Source: an uncultured delta proteobacterium (GTDB taxonomy: Bacteria > Myxococcota_A > Polyangia > Polyangiales > B10-G4). From it: a DNA stretch of 64,000 nucleotides. Every line of letters begins with the position of its first letter. Positions within the stretch are counted from its first letter, which is position 1. The position numbers and the translations under genes were made by a program. Positions 9,493 to 18,508 of the stretch are shown here, piece after piece. The stretch spans positions 18,086 to 82,085 of the forward strand of contig CAVSGI010000018.1 in NCBI GenBank assembly GCA_963727445.1, written 5' to 3'. Under the pieces are notes generated by a model. It saw nothing but the letters and a program-made list of their open reading frames with translations. It was not told where the DNA came from and did not search any database.

Positions 9493-10681
9493 AGGGCCCG
9501 CGGCCGCCCAGCGTCCCGCTGACGCGATACTGGAGGGCGCCGTCGCTGGTACGCGCAGGGCGGATCTGCGGCACCATCTCCATGGCGCCGAAGAGAGTGC
9601 GCGTGATGTCGCTCTTCTCCTTGTAGCGGTCGGTGAACTCCACGCGGAGCAGGAGATCGAGGCGGGAGCGTTCGAAGGGCTGGGCGAGGCGCACGTTGCC
9701 GCTCGCCGAGAGCGCGAGGTCGGGGCCCTCCGAGCTGAACTCCTTGATGTTCGCGACGCCCTCTTCGACCTCGAGGGAGAGCGTCAGCGTGCCCGCGTCG
9801 ATCTGTTCGATGGTCAAGCCGTCGCCCATCCCGCCGATGGGGAACTTGGCTTCGCCGTCGCCGATCTGGAGATCCTCGATGGTCACCGACATGGCCCCGG
9901 CGGTCTGCTCGGCTTCCTCGGCCACCGTGAGGTCGACGTTGCCGTCGAGCTTGCCGGTGACGGGCAGCCCGATGAGCCCGCGGACGACCCCGAGCTTGGA
10001 GAGGTCGACGTCGCTGATCTCGGCAGCCACGTGCTCTGAGGTGTCGGTCTGCTCGAACTCGCCGTCGATCGTGCCTCCGCCGATGCTGAGGTCGTAACTC
10101 AAGCCCAGCGAGCCCGTCAGCAACGACAGCAGCGACACACGCACCGTCGCCTCGTCGATCTCGACTTCGGTGGGGGCCGCATCGGGGTCGTCGGGCAACT
10201 GGGTGTACTTGACGCCTTCGACGTCGACACCGGTGAGGAAAGAGGGCGAGAGCTCGTCGATGGTGAGCTGGGCTCCGCTCGCCACGCGGCGATTGCCAGG
10301 CCCCATCGGGCGTTCGACCTCCTGGATGACGAAGTCTTTCACCCGATCGTAGGGGAAGGTCCAGTAGGAGAAGATCAGGAAGCAGAAGAACCAGAAGGCC
10401 CCGTAGCCCGCGAAGCGCAGGACGCGCTTGCCCAGCGGGGCGCTCGGCTCCGGGGCGTGGCTCGTTCGCGGTAGCGGCGTCTCGTCCCGCTTGTAGACCC
10501 GATAGAAGAGCAGGCCTACGCCCGCGACGATCGCGACGAAGAGCAGGAAGAAGATCAACCCGCCGAGCACGTCGAGCACGAAGAGCAGAAAGAGCAGGGA
10601 CAGAACGCCGAGCGCCGACAGGACGGCGATGCGTTCCCGTTGGGAGACTCTCTCCCACACGCTCTTGATGAGGGCGATCAT
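9452..10681 (-). CDS. gspN: Type II secretion system protein N
   Basis: TFPYDRVK motif after a TM segment, beta-rich body, last gene of the gsp operon. Confidence 0.8.
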   Translation of the reverse strand: MIALIKSVWERVSQRERIAVLSALGVLSLLFLLFVLDVLGGLIFFLLFVAIVAGVGLLFYRVYKRDETPLPRTSHAPEPSAPLGKRVLRFAGYGAFWFFCFLIFSYWTFPYDRVKDFVIQEVERPMGPGNRRVASGAQLTIDELSPSFLTGVDVEGVKYTQLPDDPDAAPTEVEIDEATVRVSLLSLLTGSLGLSYDLSIGGGTIDGEFEQTDTSEHVAAEISDVDLSKLGVVRGLIGLPVTGKLDGNVDLTVAEEAEQTAGAMSVTIEDLQIGDGEAKFPIGGMGDGLTIEQIDAGTLTLSLEVEEGVANIKEFSSEGPDLALSASGNVRLAQPFERSRLDLLLRVEFTDRYKEKSDITRTLFGAMEMVPQIRPARTSDGALQYRVSGTLGGRGPSTRPAGREQPPGH

Positions 10682-11301
10682 GGCGCGGGAGGTCCTGCCT
10701 TGGTGCGGCGCGCGGCCATCGAATCTTCTTCGTCGTCATCTCCGCCGCGGCCGCGGGAGTTCTTGTCGAAGGCGATGACGCCCACCTCCACGTTGTAGCG
10801 GTCGCCCGCCTGGAAGTGCTCGATCTGGATGAGCTCGAGCGCGACCGGGTAGGGGCTGTTCTCGATCTCCGCCATCATGTCGATCGCCGTCTTCAAGTCC
10901 ACCCCCGGGAGGTCCGCGCGCACGTGCCGGCGGGTGAATCCGTTGGCTACGCGCTCGGGCTGATCCGTCACCTCGAGGGGGCGGTCGTAGCCCGCTTCGC
11001 GCGCCTTGGCTTCGAGGAAGCTGCCGAGCGGCGGCGCCTGGTTGTCGTACCGCCGCTCCGCGGCCTCGCGCTCCGCTCGCATCTGCGCGATCTCTGTGCG
11101 GTGGTTGGCGATCTCCCGCATCACGGAGCGGATCTCGGCGTTCTCGTCCTCGACCTCGGAGATGGCGCTCGCCGACATGTAGATGGGCAGGAAGAGCAGG
11201 AGGGCGCCCACCACGGCGCCGAGGATGGCGACGAGCTTGCGCTCTCGATCGTTGAGGTTGTCGAAGGCGGAGCGGATCGAGTCGAAGATGCTGAGGATCA
11301 T
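10678..11301 (-). CDS. gspM: Type II secretion system protein M
   Basis: LNDRERK+TM+coiled coil; lies between gspL and gspN. Confidence 0.75.
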   Translation of the reverse strand: MILSIFDSIRSAFDNLNDRERKLVAILGAVVGALLLFLPIYMSASAISEVEDENAEIRSVMREIANHRTEIAQMRAEREAAERRYDNQAPPLGSFLEAKAREAGYDRPLEVTDQPERVANGFTRRHVRADLPGVDLKTAIDMMAEIENSPYPVALELIQIEHFQAGDRYNVEVGVIAFDKNSRGRGGDDDEEDSMAARRTKAGPPAP

Positions 11302-12803
11302 CCGTCCCTCCGCCGCCGTCGCCGGCTGTTCTCTTCGGGCGCGGGCGCGCCGGGGCAGCGGACGACCGATTCGATCTGATAGTTGAGGCCTTCGTTGTTC
11401 GGGCCAGGCGAGGTCCGGCCCTTCTCGATGGCGTCCTCGGCGATGCACTCGTGACTCTCGAGTGACTCGGTGATCTGGTCGCGTTCGGAGACGCTGGCGA
11501 CGCGCCCCTGCAGCTCGAAACGCGCGCCGTAGCCGTCCTCGTCGAGCTCGATGTGCAGGCGGCGCGTGTTGTGGGTGATCTCCGGCGGGATCTTCTCGCT
11601 GACCGCGGTCAACAGATCGTAGGCGTCGAAGCGGGGGAGCGGGTCGCGGTTGCGCGGGCCGCGCTCGACCAGCTGGCGCGCAGCGGAGGCGCTGGTGGTC
11701 CCCTCGCCGAAGGACTCCTCGGTCACGCGCTCGAGCTGAGCCGAGAGCGCGTCGCGCTCGGAATCGAGGACCGCCCACCTCGCCCAGGTAGAGAACAAGA
11801 AGGAGAGCAGAATCGCGGCGGCACAAACCCCCAGCAGTCGGGCGTGCTGGGCGATGAGCCCGCCGGTCGCGGCGGGCGTGAACTCGCCCTTGCGCATGTC
11901 GATGCGCTTGCGCCGGCCGCTCATCCGCGCGGCGAGCGCGGCGGAGCGGGCGAAGCGACCGATGCCGCCTTCACCTGAGCCGGGCCCCGGGGGAAGCGGG
12001 ACCTGAGTGACCTCGGCCGACAGGCGCTCGCCCAGCCAACCCGGCGCGTTCGGATCGGAAGCGAGCTCGCCGGCGAGGAGGATCCGTTCCGGCGCTTCGG
12101 TGCCCGAGGCGCGGAAGCTGATCATCGTGCGCTTCAGCTCCGTCTCCAGCAGGTCGGGCTTGAGGGCGCCGTGCGAGAGGGTGCGCGCCACCTCGCAGTG
12201 GCCGTTGCGTAGGACGCAGAGGTCGGTGTGATCGGCCGCCACCTCGACCAGCATGATCGGCTCGGCGGTCGTCAAATGGGGCACCAACTCGATGACGCCG
12301 TCGAGGGCGGCGGCGCCCACCGCGAGCTCGCGGGGGTCGAGCCCCAGCGCGCCCAGCTCCTCCAGGCGCGCGCGGATCTTGTCGGCGGGGACGGCGGCCG
12401 CCATCAGACGCACCTCCCCGTCGACGTCGTCCACCGGCTGAAAGTCGATGATCGCTTCCTCGACCGGGAAGGGGAGCATCGATTCGAGCTCGAAGGGCAG
12501 CACCTCCGCCGCGCGCTTTGCAGCACCGGCGGGAAGGGACACCACTCGCAGGGATGCGTCGCGTCCGTCGAGGGAGGCTGCGATGCGGTCGGGCGGACGG
12601 CCGACGGCCGCGAGGATGCCCTGCACGGCGCCGCGCTGCGCTTCGTCGAGCGCGAGCTTCCGCGCGTCTTCGGGGAGCGCGGGATCGATTCGTGGGATCA
12701 GCTCCTCGAAGTACTCCTCGATCTCGAGGCGTTTGAAGCCGGTGCGCAAGAGCGTCCCGCGCACAGCCGTCGTTCCGATGTCGATGCCCAGTATGCGTGC
12801 CAT
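11298..12803 (-). CDS. gspL: Type II secretion system protein L (PilM-like actin-fold cytoplasmic domain + TM)
   Basis: ILGIDIG start, LPFELESMLPFP, single TM, operon position. Confidence 0.8.
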   Translation of the reverse strand: MARILGIDIGTTAVRGTLLRTGFKRLEIEEYFEELIPRIDPALPEDARKLALDEAQRGAVQGILAAVGRPPDRIAASLDGRDASLRVVSLPAGAAKRAAEVLPFELESMLPFPVEEAIIDFQPVDDVDGEVRLMAAAVPADKIRARLEELGALGLDPRELAVGAAALDGVIELVPHLTTAEPIMLVEVAADHTDLCVLRNGHCEVARTLSHGALKPDLLETELKRTMISFRASGTEAPERILLAGELASDPNAPGWLGERLSAEVTQVPLPPGPGSGEGGIGRFARSAALAARMSGRRKRIDMRKGEFTPAATGGLIAQHARLLGVCAAAILLSFLFSTWARWAVLDSERDALSAQLERVTEESFGEGTTSASAARQLVERGPRNRDPLPRFDAYDLLTAVSEKIPPEITHNTRRLHIELDEDGYGARFELQGRVASVSERDQITESLESHECIAEDAIEKGRTSPGPNNEGLNYQIESVVRCPGAPAPEENSRRRRRRDG

Positions 12804-12806
12804 CGC

Positions 12807-14234
12807 TCAGTCGACCCGGTAGTAGTGGAAGATCCCGAGCGGGCCCATCGAGCCCGGGTTGGGAGGGGGTGGTTGCCAACGCGAGTGGAAGTTGACCACG
12901 GTCTTGATGCGCACCTGACTCCGGCCGGCGAAACCCGTCGCCTCGATGTAGTGGATGGAGGCGCCCGTCAGGAAGCTGCGGGTCACCTCCTGTCGCGCCG
13001 CCTGCGGGATGGTGATCGGCGTGAAGATCAAGGGATTGTCGGGCCCCAGCATGCCGACCATCATCGGGTAGAGGTCCCGCGCGCCGCCGCCGCCCTCGAC
13101 GAAGGTGATGAAGTCCTGCGAGCGCGTGAAGAGGGGCACGGGGAAGAGCGCGCGGATGGTGGAGATGAGCTGGACGAACTTCGCCGCCTCCGCGGGGTTG
13201 GAGCAGAGCGAGGCGCTCTCGACGAAGGAGCAGAGCCGCGCGAGGAGCACCTGCGGCGGTGCGGTGTTGGCGTTCACCGCGCCCGAACCGTAGATAGTCA
13301 CCGTGCGCGAGAGCGGATCGTCGGGCTTGGGCTCGATGAAGGTGGCCCAGAAGTCGTCGCCGATGCCTCGGATCAGGCGCAGCTCCTCGAGGGAGTCGTA
13401 GGGCGCGTTCTTGATGCGATAGGGGTCGTCGAAGCTGCTGTAGACGTTGTCCTCTGCGCCAGCGACCGAGACCGAGCTGGCACCGGGATCGAAGATCGTG
13501 CGCTGGGTGTCCTGGTCCCACCAATCGATGACGGCGCTGACGATGTCCAGCCGCGAGGTCTGCTGACCGTCGGCGTCGGGACGGTTGAAGAGGGGATCGA
13601 AGGCGCTCGGCGCCTGATATCCGCCCATCAACGCGAAGAGCTGCATCGCGCTGCCCCGCCGCGCCTGATCGCCATCGCGCGCCAGCGGGTCGTTGACGTT
13701 GATCATCGAGTTCTCGGCGATGGCGACGATCTCGCAGGTCGCGGGGTTGTCGTCGAAGCCCTTGGCGGCGCCCAGATCGATCCCCACCGCCCCCGCCGAT
13801 CCGGTCGCCTCCTGCAAGTTGCAGAAGGGCATCAGGATCTCGGTGGCCATGGTCCAGACCGGGATCTGCGGCGGCTGCCGACCCACCATCATCTGGTAGA
13901 TGGGCGCCACCGTGGCGCGGATCGCCTGCTCGTTGCCGACCAGGAGGCGCGTGAGATTGATGGCGCTCTTCGCCATGTACTCGGCCTGCACCTGCTCGCG
14001 CTGGGTGGTCGCGACCGCGAGCGCGGTCGAGGTGTTCTCGTGCATGTCCGCGACGAAAACGGCGAGGATGGCCACGGCGCTCAGCGCCATCACCAGCGCC
14101 ACGCCCTGTTCGCGCTCGCTACGCCGCCGCTTCTTGCCGTGGCGCCGGCGACGCCGACGCATGCGCTCGCGGGCGCGCGAGTCGTGAGAAGGGGCCAGCT
14201 CGATGCGGCCGAGGTCTCGTCGCGGCGCGCTCAT
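12807..14234 (-). CDS. gspK: Minor pseudopilin GspK
   Basis: Basic leader, G|VALVMAL, INVN, IDWWD, KNAPYDSLEELRLIRG, VNANTA. Confidence 0.9.
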   Translation of the reverse strand: MSAPRRDLGRIELAPSHDSRARERMRRRRRRHGKKRRRSEREQGVALVMALSAVAILAVFVADMHENTSTALAVATTQREQVQAEYMAKSAINLTRLLVGNEQAIRATVAPIYQMMVGRQPPQIPVWTMATEILMPFCNLQEATGSAGAVGIDLGAAKGFDDNPATCEIVAIAENSMINVNDPLARDGDQARRGSAMQLFALMGGYQAPSAFDPLFNRPDADGQQTSRLDIVSAVIDWWDQDTQRTIFDPGASSVSVAGAEDNVYSSFDDPYRIKNAPYDSLEELRLIRGIGDDFWATFIEPKPDDPLSRTVTIYGSGAVNANTAPPQVLLARLCSFVESASLCSNPAEAAKFVQLISTIRALFPVPLFTRSQDFITFVEGGGGARDLYPMMVGMLGPDNPLIFTPITIPQAARQEVTRSFLTGASIHYIEATGFAGRSQVRIKTVVNFHSRWQPPPPNPGSMGPLGIFHYYRVD

Positions 14235-14929
14235 GGGTTGTAGCTCGCGTGGTTGAGGCCCCAGATGATCGGGATGTCGACGCGGCTGGCGAAGACCATC
14301 TCTTTGCGCCGGTCACGGATGTCCGGGACCGTCAGGATGATCTTCACCTGGTAGGGGAGGCGGTTGCGGTCGGCGCCGGTGATCTCCGCGTCCCACTCGC
14401 GGCGCCACTGGTTCGACCGGTCGTCGTAGAACTCGAGCTGAAAGTCGAGCACGTCATCGACCATGATCTGGACGCGGCCACCCTCGCGCGGATGGTCGTC
14501 GATGCGGTTCTGCTCGCGCCGCGCGAGGACCTTGAGCTCGCGGTCCTCGGGATCGCGCGTGAGGAAGTAGCTGAGCTCGTTCTGGTCCGACTCGTGCGCG
14601 TCTCGGAAGAGGCGCTGGTGACTGAAGGAGGTGAAGTCGAGGCGGTCACCATTGCCGCGATCGGTGCCCACGAAGCAGGTCTTGACCGCCTGCAGGCTCA
14701 TGTCCGGGTTGAGATGATCGGACACGAACGCCATGGAGATCTCGCGCGTCATGCGCTCCATCGCCATGCGGATGACGTGATAGCGATCCGACTCGCCCTC
14801 GACCATCCGCTTGTTGCGCGACGTCTGGCTGAACGCCTGCCAGATCAACGTCGAGATGATCGCCAGGATGGCGATGGAGACCATCGCCTCCACGAGGGTG
14901 ATGCCCTCTCTGCTCCGCCGGCGCCTCAT
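14231..14929 (-). CDS. gspJ: Minor pseudopilin GspJ
   Basis: G|ITLVEAMV prepilin motif, LPYQVKI C-terminal motif. Confidence 0.85.
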   Translation of the reverse strand: MRRRRSREGITLVEAMVSIAILAIISTLIWQAFSQTSRNKRMVEGESDRYHVIRMAMERMTREISMAFVSDHLNPDMSLQAVKTCFVGTDRGNGDRLDFTSFSHQRLFRDAHESDQNELSYFLTRDPEDRELKVLARREQNRIDDHPREGGRVQIMVDDVLDFQLEFYDDRSNQWRREWDAEITGADRNRLPYQVKIILTVPDIRDRRKEMVFASRVDIPIIWGLNHASYNP

Positions 14930-15588
14930 GGCCCTGACCCGTCGTCCGCGCCGCCCATCGTCGACGGCGGCTGAACCAGGTACTGGACGACCGCGAACTC
15001 GCGGGTGCGAGCCCCTTCGCGCCAGCGAACGATGATCTTGGCCCGCTTGATCTGCTGCTCGAAGGCCGGCTTGAGGACGGGGTACGCGTAGCTCATCGCC
15101 AGCTGGGTGATCATGTCGCCGCCGCCCAGGCCCGCGGCGCCGGAGAGCACGTCCTCGACCGAGCCCGCGCCGCTGGCCAGCGCCGAAGGATCGGGTGTGT
15201 CGCCACCCTCCTCGCCACCGCCTTCGGTGAGCGCGTCGAGGGCGTTGCCTTCCCCGCCGTCTTCCTCGAGGACGGGATCGGGGAGCTCGATGGACTCGAC
15301 GACCCACTCGCAGGTGAAGCCCTCGACCTCGCCGTCCTCGCAGCAGCCGTCCTCGTCGCCGATCTGATCGACCGCCGGGAAGCCCTCTTCCATGACCTGC
15401 TCTTCGATCTCGCCCATCTTGCAGCGAGCGAGGGTCGAGGCGATGGTCACCTTCCGCGCGCGGGTCGCCACCTTGATCGCGCCGCCCTCGCTGGCGAAGA
15501 TCGCGGTGAGCGACAGGGCGAGGATGGCGACCGCCATCATCACCTCGAGGAGGGTGAACCCCTCGCGCCTCTGCGATCGGCGGCTCAT
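14926..15588 (-). CDS. gspI: Minor pseudopilin GspI
   Basis: G|FTLLEVMMAVAIL prepilin motif; operon position. Confidence 0.8.
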   Translation of the reverse strand: MSRRSQRREGFTLLEVMMAVAILALSLTAIFASEGGAIKVATRARKVTIASTLARCKMGEIEEQVMEEGFPAVDQIGDEDGCCEDGEVEGFTCEWVVESIELPDPVLEEDGGEGNALDALTEGGGEEGGDTPDPSALASGAGSVEDVLSGAAGLGGGDMITQLAMSYAYPVLKPAFEQQIKRAKIIVRWREGARTREFAVVQYLVQPPSTMGGADDGSGP

Positions 15589-16439
15589 CCGGGGTCCCTC
15601 ACGTCCGACAGGTCTTCGTCGTCGGCGTCCTCGCCCAGGTCTTCGGGCTCGAAGGCCCAGTCGTAGAGGCGAGCCCTTCCGGTGAGCGGGTGGATCTCGA
15701 CGGCGTAAACGCTGTCCGAGCCGTCGGTGAGCTGAATGACGGCGTGCTCGGTCTGGCCTCCGGGGAAGAAGTACACGGCGCCGATGCCCTCCTCGCGCGG
15801 CTCCGGCTCGTGGGGCAGGAACATTCGAAAGACGCGGATGTTCGAACCGATGGGCTGCGACTGGTACTTGCGCAGCGTCTCGCCGCCGCGGCCGGTGATG
15901 GGACCGAAGGGCGAGGCGCCGAAGCTCGGCTGGAACGTCTGGCTGAGGCGCGCCTGCGCGGCCGCCCAGGGGTCGACGCCTGCGCCGTCTTCACCGGCCT
16001 GCTCGTTGGCCGCCTCTCGGCGCGGGTCGTCGACCCGAGACAGCGTCACCTGCCCGTGCGCCTCTTCCAGCGACATCGTGGCGTCCTGCATGTTGAGGCG
16101 CAGGCGCACGGTGTTGCCCTGGGAGATGGCCCGGCTGTAGGCGAAGCGCGACGCCGCCATCAGCTTGACGCAACCCGAGCGGAGCTTCGTCCGGGTGAGC
16201 GCGCCGAGCGCCATCGTGAGGCCGCTGGCGGCGAGGGCGATGATGATGATCACCACCATGATCTCGATGATGGTCATGCCGTGTCGGCGCCTGCGCCGAC
16301 TGCCCGAGAAGGCTCGGTCTCGCGAAGCGGCAGGGCCCGTAGAGGACCGCGAAGCGGTCCGGCGCGGGACCGGAGCGCAGCGGGGCCGAGCCGGGAGTGC
16401 GCCGCCGGATTCCTTCGAGATGTGGCCGCTCCGTCGCAT
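15585..16439 (-). CDS. gspH: Minor pseudopilin GspH
   Basis: RRRRRHG|MTIIEIMVV; YFFPGG..IHPLTGR; start uncertain because of the long basic leader. Confidence 0.8.
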   Translation of the reverse strand: MRRSGHISKESGGALPARPRCAPVPRRTASRSSTGPAASRDRAFSGSRRRRRHGMTIIEIMVVIIIIALAASGLTMALGALTRTKLRSGCVKLMAASRFAYSRAISQGNTVRLRLNMQDATMSLEEAHGQVTLSRVDDPRREAANEQAGEDGAGVDPWAAAQARLSQTFQPSFGASPFGPITGRGGETLRKYQSQPIGSNIRVFRMFLPHEPEPREEGIGAVYFFPGGQTEHAVIQLTDGSDSVYAVEIHPLTGRARLYDWAFEPEDLGEDADDEDLSDVRDPG

Positions 16440-16443
16440 TACC

Positions 16444-16848
16444 CTACGAGCTGATGTCGTCCTCGTTGCCCGGCTGTCCGTCGGGCCCGCCCGAGGTGAC
16501 GGTGATGTTGTCGCCATCGCACTCGATGATGTAGTCGTTGTTCCACGGGTCGACGGTGTTCTTGCCCTCTTCGAGGGAGCCGTCCTCGAGGAGGTCGTCC
16601 ACCGTCGGGCAGTCGTTGCCGCCGTGCATGATGTAGAGCTGGACGGCGGAGTCGATCGTCTGCACGTCCGACTGGGCCGTCTTCTCCTTCGCCTTGGTGA
16701 ACTGCGGCAGCACGGCGATACCGACCGCGGTCGCGATCAGCGCCATGATGATCACCACGATCATGATCTCGACGAGGGTCATACCCTCCGTCCGCATGCG
16801 CCGGCGGCGCCTCTGGTTGTTCGTCGTCTGGGCCATGTTCCTCTTCAC
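16444..16848 (-). CDS. gspG: Major pseudopilin GspG
   Basis: G|MTLVEIMIV, DPWNNDY, SGGPDGQPGNEDDI. Confidence 0.9.
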   Translation of the reverse strand: MKRNMAQTTNNQRRRRRMRTEGMTLVEIMIVVIIMALIATAVGIAVLPQFTKAKEKTAQSDVQTIDSAVQLYIMHGGNDCPTVDDLLEDGSLEEGKNTVDPWNNDYIIECDGDNITVTSGGPDGQPGNEDDISS

Positions 16849-17279
16849 CTCACGTTGTCATCCACGAAGAAGTCTCCGCTCGGGCCTGCGCTCACTACTT
16901 CGGCTCCATCGGGGTCGTCGTAGGCCGGGCACGCCACGTAGAGCGCCTTGCCCCAGCCGTCGTTGGGGATCTCGCGAAGGTATCGATGCCCTTCGCGTGG
17001 GGGATTCGTCAGCTCGTCGGTCCCGTTCGGGCAGCGCCCCACCTCGGCACGAAACCCATTGATCGCGCGGTGCACCTCTTCGATCGCCGCGCGCGTCTGC
17101 CGCGTCCTGAGCTCGTGATCCGCCGCGCGGAACACCAGCCAGGCCGTGAACCCCAGGGTGAGCACCATCAGCGCCATGCGCACCCGCGAGCCGCCCACGA
17201 CGCCACGAAGCGCCGCCGCCCGCTGCTCCCAGGGGAGCGGGATGCCGCTGCTGCTTCGCCTCGCGCGTCGTTTCTTCAT
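16845..17279 (-). CDS. GspG-like protein with atypical N-terminus
   Basis: C-terminal YLREIPNDGWG...VVSAGPSG..DDN resembles the T2SSG domain; no canonical G|FTLxE motif. Confidence 0.7.
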   Translation of the reverse strand: MKKRRARRSSSGIPLPWEQRAAALRGVVGGSRVRMALMVLTLGFTAWLVFRAADHELRTRQTRAAIEEVHRAINGFRAEVGRCPNGTDELTNPPREGHRYLREIPNDGWGKALYVACPAYDDPDGAEVVSAGPSGDFFVDDNVR

Positions 17280-17281
17280 CG

Positions 17282-18508
17282 TCAACCACCGACGAACTCG
17301 TTGATCTGGAGCAGAGGCATGAGGATGGCAAACGCGATGCTGGCGCTGACGCCGCCCATCACCACGATGATCAGCGGCTCGAGGAGCGAGGTCATGACCG
17401 AAATCCGGGACTCCACCTGGATGTCGTAAGCGGTGGCGACGTTGTCGAGCATCTCCTCGAGCTGACCCGAGCGCTCGCCGATGGCGATCATGTGCGTGAC
17501 GATCGGAGGGAAGCGTTTGCTGCGCTTGAGCGGCTCCGCGATGCTCTCGCCCTCGCGGACGCTCGCGCGCGCGTCCTCGATCACGCGCATGAGCTCGGTG
17601 TTTCCGAGCACGTTTCGGGTGATCTCCATCGCCCGGAGCACCGGGACGCCGCTGGCGAGGAGGGTCGCCAGGGTCCGGGAGAAGCGGGTGACCGCGACCA
17701 TCAGGGTGAGCTTGCCGAAGAGCGGTGCCTTCAACACGAAGAGGTCCCATTTCTTCCGGCCGTCCTCGGTGTTGCGCCAGCGGTTGAACAGATAGACCGA
17801 GAGGGCGAGGAGGCCGAGCAGCAGCCACCAGAAAGAGATCAGGGTGTTGCTCACGAAGATGAGCAGGCGCGTGTACCAGGGCAGCATCTCGCCGAAGTCC
17901 TCGAAGATCGAGGTCACCTTCGGGACGACCACCACCATCATGATGAGGATGATGACCATCGACAGCAGCGCCATGAAGATCGGGTAGGCGAGAGCGGCGG
18001 TGATCTTGTTCTTGAGCTTGGCCTGGTTCTCGAGGAAGTCCGCCAGACGCGCCAGCACCGCCTCCAGCGTCCCCGAGGCCTCGCCCGCGGCGACCATGTT
18101 CACGTAGAGGTTCGAGAAGATCTTCGGATGCGACTTGAGCGCGTCGGCGAAGGCCGTGCCTTCGTTGACCTTGTCACGGGTCTGGGTGAAGGCGCTCTTG
18201 AGCTCCGGCTGCTCGAGCTGATCGATCAGCGCCGTCAGGGCTTCGACCAGCGGGATGCCGCTCTTGAGGAGCGTGGCCAGCTGTCGCGTGGAGACCGCGA
18301 TCTCGGCCGCGTTGACGCGACGGATCAACCGGCCGAGGTCGACGTCGCGGCGCTTCTTGATGCGCGCCTCGGACTCTTCGAGGATCTCCGTGACGAGGAC
18401 GCCCTCACGACGGAGGGCGAGCTTCAACGCCTTGGGGCTGTCCGCATCGCGGACCCCCTTGACGGTCTTGCCGCCGGGGTTGATGCCTCGCCACTCGAAG
18501 ACCGCCAT
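17282..18508 (-). CDS. gspF: Type II secretion inner membrane platform protein F
   Basis: RQLATLLKSGIPL, AGEASGTLE, IGERSGQLE, LLEP motifs. Confidence 0.95.
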   Translation of the reverse strand: MAVFEWRGINPGGKTVKGVRDADSPKALKLALRREGVLVTEILEESEARIKKRRDVDLGRLIRRVNAAEIAVSTRQLATLLKSGIPLVEALTALIDQLEQPELKSAFTQTRDKVNEGTAFADALKSHPKIFSNLYVNMVAAGEASGTLEAVLARLADFLENQAKLKNKITAALAYPIFMALLSMVIILIMMVVVVPKVTSIFEDFGEMLPWYTRLLIFVSNTLISFWWLLLGLLALSVYLFNRWRNTEDGRKKWDLFVLKAPLFGKLTLMVAVTRFSRTLATLLASGVPVLRAMEITRNVLGNTELMRVIEDARASVREGESIAEPLKRSKRFPPIVTHMIAIGERSGQLEEMLDNVATAYDIQVESRISVMTSLLEPLIIVVMGGVSASIAFAILMPLLQINEFVGG

